The notes beneath the pieces were generated by a model, which saw only the letters and a list, made by a program, of their open reading frames with translations, was not told where the DNA came from and searched no databases. Both the position numbers and the translations under genes were made by a program. This document shows, in pieces, positions 40,756 through 53,949 of a stretch of DNA of 64,000 bases. Positions within the stretch are counted from its first letter, which is position 1; each line of letters starts with the position of its first letter. Source of the stretch: the human T2T-CHM13v2.0 reference genome, Homo sapiens. The stretch lies in assembly GCF_009914755.1 (NCBI RefSeq), contig NC_060929.1; one strand, written 5' to 3'.

Positions 40756-42737
40756 AAACGTTTGAGTTATAAAGAAAAATGTAAGCATGACATACAGATG
40801 TCCTGGTGAGTATATTTAACTCTATTTATCATGGCTGCTCTTCTAGGTGACTTCAGGTCCATTGTTATTATTTCTGTATAATGCCATGCTATGGTATCTC
40901 CCTTCTCCAAGTAAACTGCTTTGTTAAACAAAATGACACAAACCCAACAAGAGCTTTATTCACTGATTACCTATCTGGATGTCTTAGGTTAAATACTTGG
41001 GATTTAAATAATTAATCACAAACTACAATCCTTTCAAACTGTCTATTGCCAAAATAATTCTTCTACTCCTTGGGGCCTGAAAGAATGGGTTCCCTTTGAT
41101 GTGCAGTATCCATAGAAGGGAGTCTATTTTATCTGGTGTGCCCAATTTATTTGGTGGTCTACTCTTGGAATTTACATCACTGCTTAACTTGGGAAACAAG
41201 AATACAAGTAGAACCTCAGAGTTGGGAATTGTGATTCTTCAGCTACATTTTGGGAGGCTGCTTGGTTGGCCCTGAGGGTGCTACAGAGGCTGGTACGCTG
41301 TGTAAGGAATCCCAGAGAAGAGAGCCTTGCCAGAGGTGAGGAAAGTGCTACGGTCATTTGTAGGGACACCAACAATGAACTTTACCTCCTGCCTCACAGC
41401 CTGCCCATCATCCCTCTCCAACCGGGAGCCACAGCCCTTATCTATTTACACCTGCTTGACAAGCTGCCTGTCACTGAATGACTCTTGTTTTCCCCTTTGA
41501 AAATGCCTTGCTGTTCATTCTTATGCAGCTTTTCTGGTGCCTAGGTGCTTGTGGAGAAGAGAGAACATGCCATCTGAGACCCTTGGGAAGGGCCCAGCAA
41601 TTAGATGTTTCAGGCCTTCCCATCCACCCAAATGTGCAGGAGCTTCTGGCCCAGAGGAGAACAAGGGGACAGGGGCAGAAACTTTGAAAGAGACCCCATT
41701 GTTTGCTTTTTTGTTTCTCTCAGTTGCGTGTTTTCCTGCCGCAGCTTCTGATATCTTTATATTCAAGTTCTAAATAACCCCACATTGCCTCAACATATCA
41801 GAAAATTACTAGATTTTGTAAAATGCTTTCCCCCAACTCCACTACTACACTGATGATGGTAGAAACCAGAGGTAGCTGCTTTCTTCACCCTTACATTGCA
41901 TTCTCCCAGTATGGTGGGCTTATAAGGAGGAGAAAGGGACTCTTCCCTTACTTCTGCCATTATTCTTCCCACATGTTGCTTTTGTTTTGTTCTGGGTGAG
42001 TATACGGTGGCATGAAGGCTTTTGTCCCCTCCCTGCTTAACCTGCCTACCTTGCTTTTTGGCCTGAGGAAAATTGACTTTTGCAACTCTCTGCTCTGACC
42101 CTTCAGTTCCATTTGTGTAAACTTCAGCCTAGAAACTTCAGTCGATGTTCAGGTATTGAAGCCTTTTGGAGAAGTGGGAGGTAAATTGAGGTCCCAGCAA
42201 GCAGCTGTCTGTTCTGTCACTTGTCTCTGTGTACATAACACATTTGGTGCCTTTTTTCAAAGATGTTTTTACCTAACCACCAGAGTGTCTGATTAGCAAG
42301 GACAATTCCTAGTTTAACAAGTTACAGGGATTTTTAAGCTTTGGTTTCCAGAAAACATTGTCACTGAGGGGATTGAGCTTTGAGGTGAATGCTTTATGTT
42401 GTTTCTTATGACAAGGGGTATTTTGTCAATAGTTGTAGCTAGACCTCCTGTAACCATAAATTATCTGGTTACAAGTATCGGGAGCTGCAAAGAAAAATAA
42501 ACCATAGTCCCTTGCTTTATTTTTCATTGCTATTTTCAGGTGCATGACTTAAGAAAATGGGACAATTCCTTCCATATTTTTCTTTTTAATTTTTTTCTTT
42601 AAAGTCAGGAGCTTTGATGCTTGTTGGTATCTAGTCAATAGCAATAGCCAAAAATGACCACTTATTGTTCTGGCCCAAGTGTTCATTTTTAGTTTTTAAG
42701 GGTTGTCATTGTTAAGGACCTGTGTTTATAATTCAAA

Positions 42738-42912
42738 TTTCAGAGCTACAGGGAACCATAGAGGCTATACAGTTCAATCATCTCATTTTATAAATGAAGA
42801 AACCAGGGGCCCTGAAGAGAAGTGCTTCCTTCCGGTTAACACAGCTCATCTCTGGCAGAGGTGGAGGTAGAACTGGGTCCTTCCCTCTAGACCACGTGCT
42901 CTTTTCCATGAA
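42738..42912 (-). mobile_element. MIR3-like
   Basis: tcagagctacagggaaccatagagg...tctcattttataaatgaagaaacc...acacagctc...ggcagagg. Confidence 0.7.
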
Positions 42913-42930
42913 CAGTGCAGTTCTCCTTTA

Positions 42931-42999
42931 CCTTCTCCTTGCCTATTTCTGACCTTCTTTCTTCTTTCCTTCTCCCTGCCTATTTCTGTCCTTCTTTCT
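42931..42999. repeat. 37-bp-period pyrimidine-rich tandem duplication
   Basis: ccttctccttgcctatttctgaccttctttct (42931) and ccttctccctgcctatttctgtccttctttct (42968), 30/32. Confidence 0.85.
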
Positions 43000-43923
43000 G
43001 GCCTCTCTAAAATGTTATAGGACATGAAATTCCAAAAATCCTGTTAATTAGAGTTTTATTTTTTAGCAGATGGCCTTCAGATACTAACCCTGACTGCCTT
43101 AAAAAATAGCCCATATCTTATTGATAGAAATTCTCCAAGCTGATCTTTATTTAATTCACCATTCCCTAGGACCCTTATCCTTTCCAGCTGGTTATTAATT
43201 ATCAGGCAATATCCTCTTGAGCTGTCTCCATTTCTTAATTACCTTATTAATTGTAATCACATAAATTGATCTCTCTGACATTCTAAGTCTGACTCACTGA
43301 GGAAATACGTCTAATATTCACAAGAGACTCCAACAATCTTACTACCTTAACTTATTATTTCCATTATGTAGAATGGTATCACTAGAAGCCAGATGTGACT
43401 GCTTAGCTGAACTGGCCTTTATCCTAATCGTAATTAGAATGTCCTTTAACAATTCTCCCTTAGCCTTTCTTGCCTACTTAGACACACATGAGACATATCA
43501 GTTCATTTCCTCCCTACCTTCACTCTTTAGTCTTTAAAATAGAAGGAATGTTCCTCCTCATTTCATCTTGTGGTAATTCTTTATTTGTAATTCAAGGCAT
43601 TTATGAGGAGAAAACATTAATATGAATGTATTTTAGTTTTTCAAGGTTTTTATTGTAACACTGCACCCTAAGGACCTGATACCCAATTAAACATTTTAAA
43701 AAATGGTCAAGCTTTTATATACAAAAATAGTCTCTTAATGTGTGTTATTTGAGAACTCATTTTTTTTTTCTTCATGACAAGGTACACTACTATAACCCTT
43801 ACCTTTTTCCCCAGGTTCCACTTAAGTTTTATGAAGTGACAAGAGTAAACAGGTTCTTATATATAAGTTGGTCATTGTTCCATATGATCCTTTCTATATT
43901 TGTATAAGAAATGGTTGATTGGT

Positions 43924-44221
43924 TGCCAGGCACAGTGACTCATGCCTGTAATCCCAAACCTTTGGGATGCCGAAGTGGGTGAATCACTTGAGCTCAGGAG
44001 TTCAAGACTAGCCTTGCCAACATGGTGAAACCTCGTCTCTACTAAAAATACAAAAATTAGCTGGGTATGGTGGTGAGCACCTGTAATCTCAGTTACCTGA
44101 GAAGCTGAGGTGGGAGAATTCTTGGGCCCGGGAGGTAGAGGTTGCGGTTACCTGAGATCACACCACTCCACTCCAGACTGGGTGACAGAGTGAGAGCCTG
44201 TCTCAAAAATAAAATAAAATA
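43924..44221 (+). mobile_element. AluS (Sz/Sx-like), full length
   Basis: Alu dimer with (AAAAT)n tail. Perfect 15-bp TSD AAATGGTTGATTGGT at 43909-43923 and 44222-44236. Confidence 0.95.
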
Positions 44222-44360
44222 AAATGGTTGATTGGTAGGAAACTAAAGCTGAAGACTAGAATCTCTATTAAAAAAGAGAGTTAGAGAATTCCTATGCATG
44301 CTTATTTGCAGGCATATAAATAAATTTGGGATGTAAAATCAGCTCCAAGCAATCAATCAA

Positions 44361-44784
44361 TCTTTCTTTCTTTTCTCTCTTTCTTCTTTCTTTCTTTCTT
44401 TCTTTTCTTTCTTTCTCTCTTTCTTTCCTTCTTTCTTTTCTTTCTTCCTTTTTCTTTCTTTTATTTTTTTATTTATTTATTTTATTTATTTATTTATTTT
44501 TTGAGACGGAGACTCGCTCTGTTGCCCAGGCTGGAGTGCAGTGGTGTGATCTGAGCTCACTGAAATCTCCACCTCCCAGGCTCAAGCCATCCTCCCACTT
44601 CAGCCTCCCAAGTAGCTGGGACTACAGGTGCACGCTACCACGTCCGGCTAAGTTTTGTATTTTTTGTGGAGACAGGGCTTCACCATGTTGTCCAGGCTGG
44701 TCTCAAACTCCTAAGCTCAAATAATCTGCCTGTCTTGGCTTCCCGAGGTGCTCGGATTACAGATGTGAGCCACCGCACCCAGCC
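44361..44784 (-). mobile_element. AluJ-like with expanded (TTTC)n/(TTTA)n tail (44361-44502)
   Basis: ctcaagccatcctcccacttcagcc and ctcctaagctcaaataatc are AluJ-type. About 140-bp simple-repeat tail. Confidence 0.93.
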
Positions 44785-45019
44785 TCTGATCTCTTAGAAA
44801 GAAGCAATATAAATTAACAATGCCAATGTCTTTCATGGTGAGGAAAATGGCACAAATGGGTAGATGGCACCAATGGGTAGATTTCTGTTTTGGCTGGGTA
44901 TACAAAGACCCAACTTGGCGATCCACATGATACATTAAGTCTCTCCACATATCTAAGGGTCTGCAGAACATTCACCAACGGTGTGCTACAGATACCATCT
45001 CAAACTATTCCCAACGGAA

Positions 45020-45795
45020 TACCTTGTCTTTTCACCCCACTTGCTCGTTCAGTCATCCAACCAAACCAAGAACTTGGATATCATCCACATGACTTTTCCC
45101 CACCCCCTATTACCTGCCAAACTGTCTCATCTAATCAGTCATTAAGTTAACTTATGTTGATTTGGTTCCCTTATTACCTTTCCTCTTTAACCCATTTCTT
45201 CTGGTGCTGCTGCTTTGCTGAGTTCCTAGTCCACCCTTTCCCAATCTATTGTGGTAATCTCCCTTCTGATTTCAATGGCATATCATCTCACGTTGAATGA
45301 CCTACAAGGTCCTCCATGACAAGCCTCATTAGTCTAATGTCTCTACTACCCTTACTCTCATCCTAAACTTTAGCGATGTTGAACTATTCACAGGTCCCCA
45401 CTACATGTGTTTTTATATCCCATGGCTTTGAATGTTCTCCTCTTCTTTTCTTGGAGTATCATTCCCACATAATTTTATCTGTCAAACTCCTATTCCTACT
45501 TTAAGACCCAGCTCAAGCATCTTTTTCTAGAAAGCTTTTTTGGAACCCCAAACTGTTGATCATTCTCTTCACTGGGCCCCCTCTTTAATTTGTACGTACC
45601 TCATTATTATACTTGTTAACGGTATTGCCATTGTTTGTTTGCAGGCCTGTATTTCCTTTAAAAATGTAAATTACTCAAAGGCAGGAACTATGGCTTTTCA
45701 TTTTTTTTTTTTTTTTTTTTTTGTCTTCAGCATCTGTCGCATTATCTGGCACACAGCAGATTCTCAGTGAGTGTGTTAATTGAATGATTATGAAT
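45020..45795 (+). mobile_element. L2 3' region
   Basis: cctacaaggtcctccatga...aaactcctattcctactttaagacccagctcaagcatc...ggcaggaactatg...tggcacacagcagattctcagtgagtgtgttaattgaatga. Confidence 0.75.
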
Positions 45796-46039
45796 AGAGT
45801 TCATGATCACTTGAGATTTCACCAAGTTCTATTCTTCTATGATTTATGATGTTATACTTATTTTAGGTTTCAACACTGATTCAAATGTCAGGGGCCAATT
45901 TGTTACTTAACCAGTGTTTTTATCCGTCTGCTCAGAAGTGGTAGCTGTTCCTTCTCTGGAACGGTTGAAGGGGGATGGAGCAGAAGCAATCACCTTGTGC
46001 AGCAATGGAAATGGTAAAGTTTGCCATCTATAATGAGAG

Positions 46040-46302
46040 CATATCATGGGCAAGGGGATGGTTTTGGAGTGAAACTGATCTCAGTTTAATTTCAGTTCTG
46101 TTTCTTATTCCGTGTATGACTTTGGACAAGGTTATTTGACTTTCCTGAGTTTCACATTTGTCATCTGTAAAGTGGTAATAATAATAACACCTGAATCTCA
46201 AATTTGTTGTAAGGATTAGATCAGGTAGTGTGTGTAAAGGACTTACTACAGTTTTTCGCATATAGTGACTTCTCAATAAATGGTAATTGTTATCATTATC
46301 AT
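46040..46302 (+). mobile_element. MIR
   Basis: gtatgactttggacaaggttatttgactttcctgagtttcacatttgtcatctgtaaagtgg...gttgtaaggattagat...ctcaataaatggtaattgttatcatt. Confidence 0.85.
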
Positions 46303-47373
46303 GACTTTTATTGCAGTAGCCACACAAGAGAAAAAAGCATGATACTGCCTTCTGATCCCCAAGGGATTCCTCCTTCAAAGATAAAGTATACTACTGGGAT
46401 CCTTATTCAATCTACAGAACACAGAAAATTATTTGAGGAACTATTTTCTCATTTCTCTCAAGAATGGTAGCTAACCAGTGCCATCCTTTTTACAGGAAAG
46501 ATGTTAATTCATGATTTACAAATAGTATTTTAGGACATTAATTCTCTCCCCTTGAAAACGGCAGAGTGACCCCCAACACTCAGTGGAATAATGGGCTGAA
46601 AATATAATTTTAGAATCAGTAATAAAGTTTTCAAGACACTTAGAGACATCTTGGGTTAGCACAAAATAAACGAGAAGGTTTTCTTCGCATGTGTCTTTTA
46701 ACTGTGTTGTGCTTCTAAGGTAGAGAAGACAATTCTGTGACCAATGGATCAGAGATCAGAAGAGCGATTCAACAACTCACTCTAGGGATAACTTAGGGCA
46801 GTCCCTTATGCACCAGCAGCTTCTGTGTATTTATAATGAGGATAACACTCACTCTGTTGATCTCACTCAGCCTTGGGCATTTTAAATTACATCATATATT
46901 TGGAAGTGCCTTACAATTTGTAAAGTGCTGTACAAATCTTAGTGATTATGAAGATGATTATTCTGCTTTCCTGCCATCCGGCTTCCTCCACCAGATGCCC
47001 CTAATGAGCCCAGATCTCTACCAGCAACTCAACTGGTTCTGAAATGAGGACACATGTAGCTTTGGTTGAAATAATCAACTTTTGTTTATTCTTTTGCTGC
47101 TTTCATTCTTGTGAAGCTGGGCTTTCCTTGGCATTTTCATTGACGATTAAAGATCCCAGGTACTATTTCTTTCTAACTGCTCTTCTGAAAAATGTTAAAA
47201 ACTCATGGCATCTGTCAGCTCCATCAGGCCACTTACTGGGTTCCCAAATCCCAGGGAATTGCCCAGAAGGCCTGGATGAGTGTTTTATTGCACTGGATGG
47301 AGTTATCTTCTGATTTGTTTTTGCAGGTCAGAAGCATTAACAATGAATTTAGCTTGCTTTTTTCTCTGTCTTT

Positions 47374-47376
<3 letters not shown>

Positions 47377-47416
<40 letters not shown>
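47377..47416. repeat. (TC)20 microsatellite
   Basis: Uninterrupted TC run. Confidence 0.97.
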
Positions 47417-47418
<2 letters not shown>

Positions 47419-50400
47419 TGTGACATGGCTATAGAACTGAATATCCATTTGCTACTAGGTTTCCTTTCTGGGCGTTTGTGTACACTTTTCAGAGGAGCAG
47501 AAATCAAGGCAGATTCAGTGCCAGTTATTTTAATGGAGAAAAAGATTGACAAACCATCAGTCTTTCTCACTCGCTCACTGCAAGAAAAGATGTGACATGA
47601 CCTGCAATAGCATTTCAGACCATCTGACTTAAGACTTGAGTTAGTTAGGTTTTATCTCCTCCAAGAAAAATATTTGACCCTTCATTTCCAGCCAAGCTCT
47701 TCTATGCTCTAACTATCATGCCATTTCCTGCTTCTTGATCCTGGTTCTTCACTGGGTATAACTTACCTTCCCTTTCTCATTGTGGAAAAGCGAAGCAAAA
47801 CAAGAAATCATCAGGTAAAGCTCTGCCTCCTCAGTTATTTCCAGACCCCTCCAGTTTCCATCTGAGATTCCCTTTCTCCTTAGCCCTATGGCATTTATTA
47901 TTCATATGGTATATTTTGAAATTATGAAGAATGTCCTAACTGTGTTTTATTTAGTAACTTTTAAAATAATTTATGAATTCTTTTTCTCCAACCCATATGG
48001 CAAGAATCATATCTTAAATTTTCTTTCTTGGCATAAAGTTTTAGCTGGCCTTATTATTACAAGCTTATTATTATTACTATCTATCATCTTCTATTAGTAG
48101 CAGTAATGCTTGTGGATTCATTGATAACTGAGGGTCCAGTGGAGACCCTGGATCCTCTCTGAAACCACTTGGGTATGTGCAAGAGTGCAATTAGCCTCAC
48201 TTTTGCACCAGGAAGAGAAATGTTAAGAAAACAGTGTGATAACGTGTGCTTTTAAATTGGTGAAAGTTGTGAATTTTAAAATGTCAGCATATTACTTCTC
48301 TTAATATTTTGACTCAACCACAAAGCTTTCTCTTATTAGGAATTTCAACTCATTATAAGAAACTGAAGCAAGCCCTTTCTGGCTCCCTCAGGAAAAAGCT
48401 GAACAAACAGATGGGCCTTGCTAGGAATGTCAATCAACAGGAGCCCTGCTCCTGCCCACAGATGCTGTAAATTTTACAGGGATCCCCCCTAGAACATAGG
48501 CCCCACTGCCCAGTTTCCCTGGGGAGCTGCAGCTAGAAATAACAAAGCCAGAGTCTTATTTTACTGCATTATTGCTTTCTTTAGAAGGCCTCATGTCCAG
48601 TAGCACTAACATGAGAAGTCAGGCTACTCTTTATGCTCCTGACATTTTCTGCTCCTAACAAAGCTGTAATCGTTACTGTCAAGATTTAACAATTTCAGAA
48701 ATGGTGCTGATGACCCAGATGCCTTTCTTTGTTAACAAATAATTCCTGTGGCATTAGCTATTCTCCATGTATTGAAGGATTTCTCCCTCACTATCAGATT
48801 AATCTCAAGAAACTCTGCAAATATTCCTATATTCAGCAGTCTGTGCTTTGTGCAAATTAGGCTCTGAGCAGAGATTTGTTAAATTGAATTCTGTAAGAAG
48901 CATAACTCTATTTTCTGGGTTGGTTTAAAAGATATCTTGGAAGTTAAACATTTCTGTCTTTTTAGGACATTATTTTAATCATTAAGAATGGGCCAACTTG
49001 ATTTCACAGTGAATTACCCATCTCTTGTCTTTTTCTCCAGAGTTAGTCATTTCTGCCAAAGAACAATGAGTCAGGAACACCTTGTCATTACCCAAATGGT
49101 TAGGATGTCCTGCTTTGGAGATATTGCATAGTTGAACCATATGAAATTGCTGATATTTGACCATTTTTTAAAAAGATGGTTTTTTAAAAAACCATTTAAA
49201 AAGACCATTTACAAAGATGGCAGTTTTATATGGTTCCACCTAAGACATATTTTCTCCCTTGTTTGGTAAGAGTTAGCCAGACTCCAAGATGTGGACAGAA
49301 GAGAGGTGCTTCCCCTTGGCTTCCCCCACCATCTCTGTGTCAGTGAGGAAGGGAGAAGGTTCAGTGCCCACTCACCTCTCACTTAGCTTAGTAAGAACAG
49401 AGGAAACATGGTGATGTCTCAAGGGGCTTCATTTTATGGACAAATGTATCAGTTGGGGATTTTTTAATGGTCACACCTTTTCAATAGCTCGTCGTTTTAT
49501 TATTACTTCTTCTCACCCCTTTTTCCCCAGTTCCTATGCAGTTTATCAGCCTCTATACATTTAGATGGCAACGAAAATCATGCTTTTAAGAAGCTTCTAA
49601 CAATCAGCATATGACTTCAGTCGCTCTAAAGCTTCCCTTGACAGTGTCACGAGGAATTTTCCCTTTAGTCAAAGCTAATGAAAATAAGATGTTGTGGGAG
49701 CTGGGCAAATCTAGTTTGTGAACATCCAAGAATTCTTTCATGATTTCATAACAGCAAAGGTATTATGTCTTGTGTTCTGAACCCAGGGTTCCCTTCTTTT
49801 GAGAAGGTAGCCCATTATGTATGAGTGTGTGGACCCTGGAGTGACTTCGGGAGAGGGTGAAGAGTCATGGGTGCTCAGCATCAGGAGAGGAATAAGGAAA
49901 GCAGTAACTTCTGTGCTCATCTCTGTCACTTGGATCCATGCCACTGCATATCTGCTGGGATTTTCTGCCTGTGACAATAATAAAATACTAGATCAGGAAG
50001 TGACCTTAAAAATAATCTAGGACAACAGTTGATGACACTTGCAAATCAGATAAAAATTATGGATTCCATTTCCAGGAAAGATTTTTATGTTCAGTTTTAG
50101 AAGGTTTATGTAGCTGAGGGTGTGGACTACAGGTTAAGAAACCTTGACTCAGGAGTCCTATCACCTTATTTTACACATGAGAAAACTGAGGACCAGGGGA
50201 AGAGACTAAAACCCAGTTTAATGATTCCACATCTAGTTCTCCTTTATCTTTCCTTAAATGTCAGATTACCTCCGTTACTCTTGTTCCCTTTCTTACACAC
50301 AGAACTCCATGAAACCAAACCGAAGGAGGAGGTAGGAGAAGATGACAAAGGGGAAGTATGTGGCATCCCCCACTTCTAAGTTATGCAACCGGGAAACACA

Positions 50401-51316
50401 GGCAGAGCCTGTACCAACAGCAGTAATGAACTCAATCAACTTGTTGAAAAACATTTCAGTTATTTTAAACAAAAATACTACATCATTCATGTTTTCAGTT
50501 ATTTTAGGCAAAACACCAAATCATTCCTGTTTTTCAGTTCAATCAATCAGCTCATGCTGTATTGCAGTTTATTCTCCTTGTTTTTATATACTCACCAGCA
50601 TATAAAAACATGCTTTTTAAATATGTTTTTATTTATTTTCTGCAAGTAACTAGCTGAATCAAAGGTCAGAGTTTAAGGAGATTATTTTGTTGACAACATT
50701 ACATATTTACTGAATCTCATCTTTATCCTGGCACTATCCCTGCCTGGTGGGTTTATAGACAGAAATGTCACAGATTTGGAAGGCTTTTCAATGCAGAGAT
50801 TACTATGGATTAAATCCTTGTCTAACTGGTTTTGCTTTTTCAGCCTTAGATGATAGTGATATGGAGAGGAAAGATGGGGATATAATCATTCATGGGCCAA
50901 AGTTTGTTTCTTATCACACAGTCAACATGTCATTGGCAGAAGGTGGAACAGTCATTCCTGACACTTTTCTGCTTCTTCTATAAGAGAACTTTGTTAGGAG
51001 CCAGAAGCCCCTCATGGCTCACCTAATCACTGGCTCTGTAAGTGATCTGGGATAAAGGAGGCCTCAGAGTCCCCCAGTTGTAAAAGAGGAAAATCAAATA
51101 TGCCCATCTGGAAAGTTTATACAAGAGATCAATAAAAGCCTTCTTCTCCCAAAACAAACAAAACAAAACAAACCTCAGGGGTAGCCACGGAGGGTAGGAG
51201 AATTCACACCATTTATTATAAGACCATGTTTCAGCCTTGTATTTTTCCTTCAGGCTCATGGTGAGACACAGCTCATTCTGCAGCCAATGTTGCCCCTTGT
51301 TTGGGAGTACCTTGAG

Positions 51317-51545
51317 CAGCGTTTCCCAGACTTATGGCTGTTGTGTATCACCTTCATTAATTTTGCTGGAATACTTTTCTTTCTTTAAATTGATTTCGGC
51401 TTTTTTTTTTTACTTTAGTAAATTTTTAAATGATAAATAAAATTAATATTGCTTATCCTAAGTAGTGGGTGATGATAAAAATATATTAAAATAAAAATGG
51501 TTGTGTACGTCTAAAATCATGTTGCATGCAGAATATTGTGCCTTC
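51317..51545 (+). mobile_element. MER113A-like hAT-Charlie
   Basis: cagcgtttcccagactt...gtatcaccttca...tttctttaaattgattt...gtgtacgtctaaaatcatgttgc. Similar to the element at 60524. Confidence 0.6.
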
Positions 51546-52784
51546 CTTTGAGATACCTGTTCTTACAAGTCCCAGAAACTGAGATGTGAGTCCAAACTTG
51601 AGGACAGAGCGACGACATGGACGTCTACAAATGTGACATGATGGGGTAGTTTTATCTCTAGGTGCAAGTCAGGGGGAGGATAATGAAGAAAACTGTCCGG
51701 CTAACACTTCAAACTGCTGACACTGCATAGGTTCCTTAGCAGCTCCACAAGGACCTGCCGAGCTGTCCCACGCCTTCACATACACCCCATTGAGGCTTGA
51801 GTTTGCTGTAAAGGTATCCTAACAGCCTTTTCTGGCTCTGCCCAGCCCTGTTTTTCCCTCCTCCACACAAATTGGTCTCCTGGCTTGGGTTCCATCTGTA
51901 CCTTTGACTCCAGCCAGGTGGTTTCCTTTTGGCCACTATCGCTCAGCGTGCTGATTGCTGCCTTGGTCCTTGTTGTTTGTCCTTTCTCTCTTTAAGGACC
52001 TGGGGCTTGAGCTGCCAATTTTATAAGGGAAGAAGTTCTTGTCTTTTTATAGCGTCTCTCCTTGCCATTCCCTGATTCCATTAATATCCCATCAACGAAG
52101 TGCAAATTGTTGCCTTTCCCCTCCCACTTCTCGGTGTGAAGCGGTGACCCAGTTAACAGGGGCAGGGGCTTGGGGCTCCTCTGGCTCTGTCTGCACTTCC
52201 AGGACTCAGTGTGTGCCCGAGTTAGAGTGACCTGTACAGTGTGTTCCTGGTGGGACTTTAATACAGGGAGGCTTTTGCTGTTTTCTGCACGGTCAGATGA
52301 GGAGCTCTATGTTTGGAAAAGAGGCTTGGAAAAAGAAAAACCAGAATGAGCAGCCTTTTCCTGTTGACTTAGACGCCCTAGGTGGCCGGGCAAGTCTCTG
52401 ACCTGCTGGGAGCCCTCAGTTTCCTCCTGTGTGAGTGAAGTGAATGGAAAGGAATGGGGCCCCATGAGCCTTCTCACCTTTTTTTTCTTGCTTGGTCTTC
52501 CCGACTGAAACCAGCATCCTCCCTGTTCTGATCTGGGCAGCCTCCTGGAGTCAGGTGGGGCCAGGGACCAGGTCCAAAGCTGAAGCTCCTTCTTCCTGCT
52601 GTTGGAGGTCAGCTGTGGGTAGGGAACTGGACTGCTCAAGCTTCTGTGGTGAGACCTGGAGTTGGGGAGGCCTCTGTGCGGAGCAATACTGGTGGGCGAG
52701 GGGTGTACTCAGCACAGTGATTGCTCAGGGGGGCTCTGGAAAGGGTGTCTGTTCCAACTGAAGGCAAAATGAGAGAGAACAGGC

Positions 52785-52940
52785 TGAAGCTCTGCTAAGC
52801 TGTGTGGCGTTACATGCAACCCTTAGCCTCTCTGAGCTTCATTTATTCTGATTTTAAAAATACATGCAAAAGGAGTACAGTGCAGCTTCAACTGGAGCAA
52901 GCAGCAGGTCCCTTCCAACATCAACATTCTTTGAGTTCGT
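52785..52940 (+). mobile_element. MIR3-like fragment
   Basis: gctctgctaagctgtgtgg...ccttagcctctctgagcttcattta...aggtcccttccaacatcaacattct. Confidence 0.6.
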
Positions 52941-53949
52941 AAGTCCAAGACTCTATATTTTAAAAATATTTTTATGGGTCTCAGACCCTCACTTCAACAC
53001 CCATTTCATATGCTCCTCACTATTAGCAAACTTGCTACCTACTTTGTTCAGAAAATTGAGTTGTATTAGGGCTGAAGTTTCTTTATAATACTCAGGTGCA
53101 AGAAATGTCATATAGCACAGTTTTGTTGTTGTTCATTGTTAATTCAAGTTTGAAATTCTCCCTCCAGAGTGTGGCAAGGGTCAGTAGCAGTCATTATTGG
53201 AGGTTCTGCTCTCCAGAGGCAGTCAGGCATCCTTGGAGGATTGCTCAGTGCAGAAAATTCTAGGAGAGACCTCTTTTCTCTAGCCTATCACAGTCACTGC
53301 TTAGTTGTTTATTGTCTGGGCCAGAAAGGTCCATTTAAAGGCTGGAGGTTCTATTCCTAAGCCCACCCACCCACCTCCACCCCTAGTGCAACTTGGGTGA
53401 GGTGGCCTGGTTCTCACTACTGGGAAACTCAGGACCCTGCACATCCATAAGCCACACCATCGGAGGTTCTGCCATCTTCAGGGAACTGTATTGGAAGGGC
53501 CTGGTTTTCAGCCTGCTGCACAACTTTCTGCCACTGGCCCCTTTCTCTGTTCCAGAAAAGTCACCCCCACGGTCCTGTCACTCACTTCCTTCAACTACAA
53601 TGCCACTTCCTCAGGTATGAATATAGCCACACAGTAGGCATAGTAGTGACTATTTGCAGAATCCCAATTAAATAACCACTTCAAACAAAAGCCTAGGATG
53701 GAGCTGCTACCTCAGTGTCCCAGAAACTCGTTTTTCACCTAGAAGCACAAAAGTGATCCTTACCCTTGGAGGCAAGATCAGGAGCGCACAATACAAGGGC
53801 TGACTTGTTCATCCACTGGAGACTCTGCTACAGTATAAATGCAATATCAAAAATGATATCTAAATTCATTATCCTGCTATAGAGGCAAATGAGCATGAGC
53901 GCCTTCCATTTCTTGCCTCACCCATGCCTAGGAACAGAGCTCCACTCAC

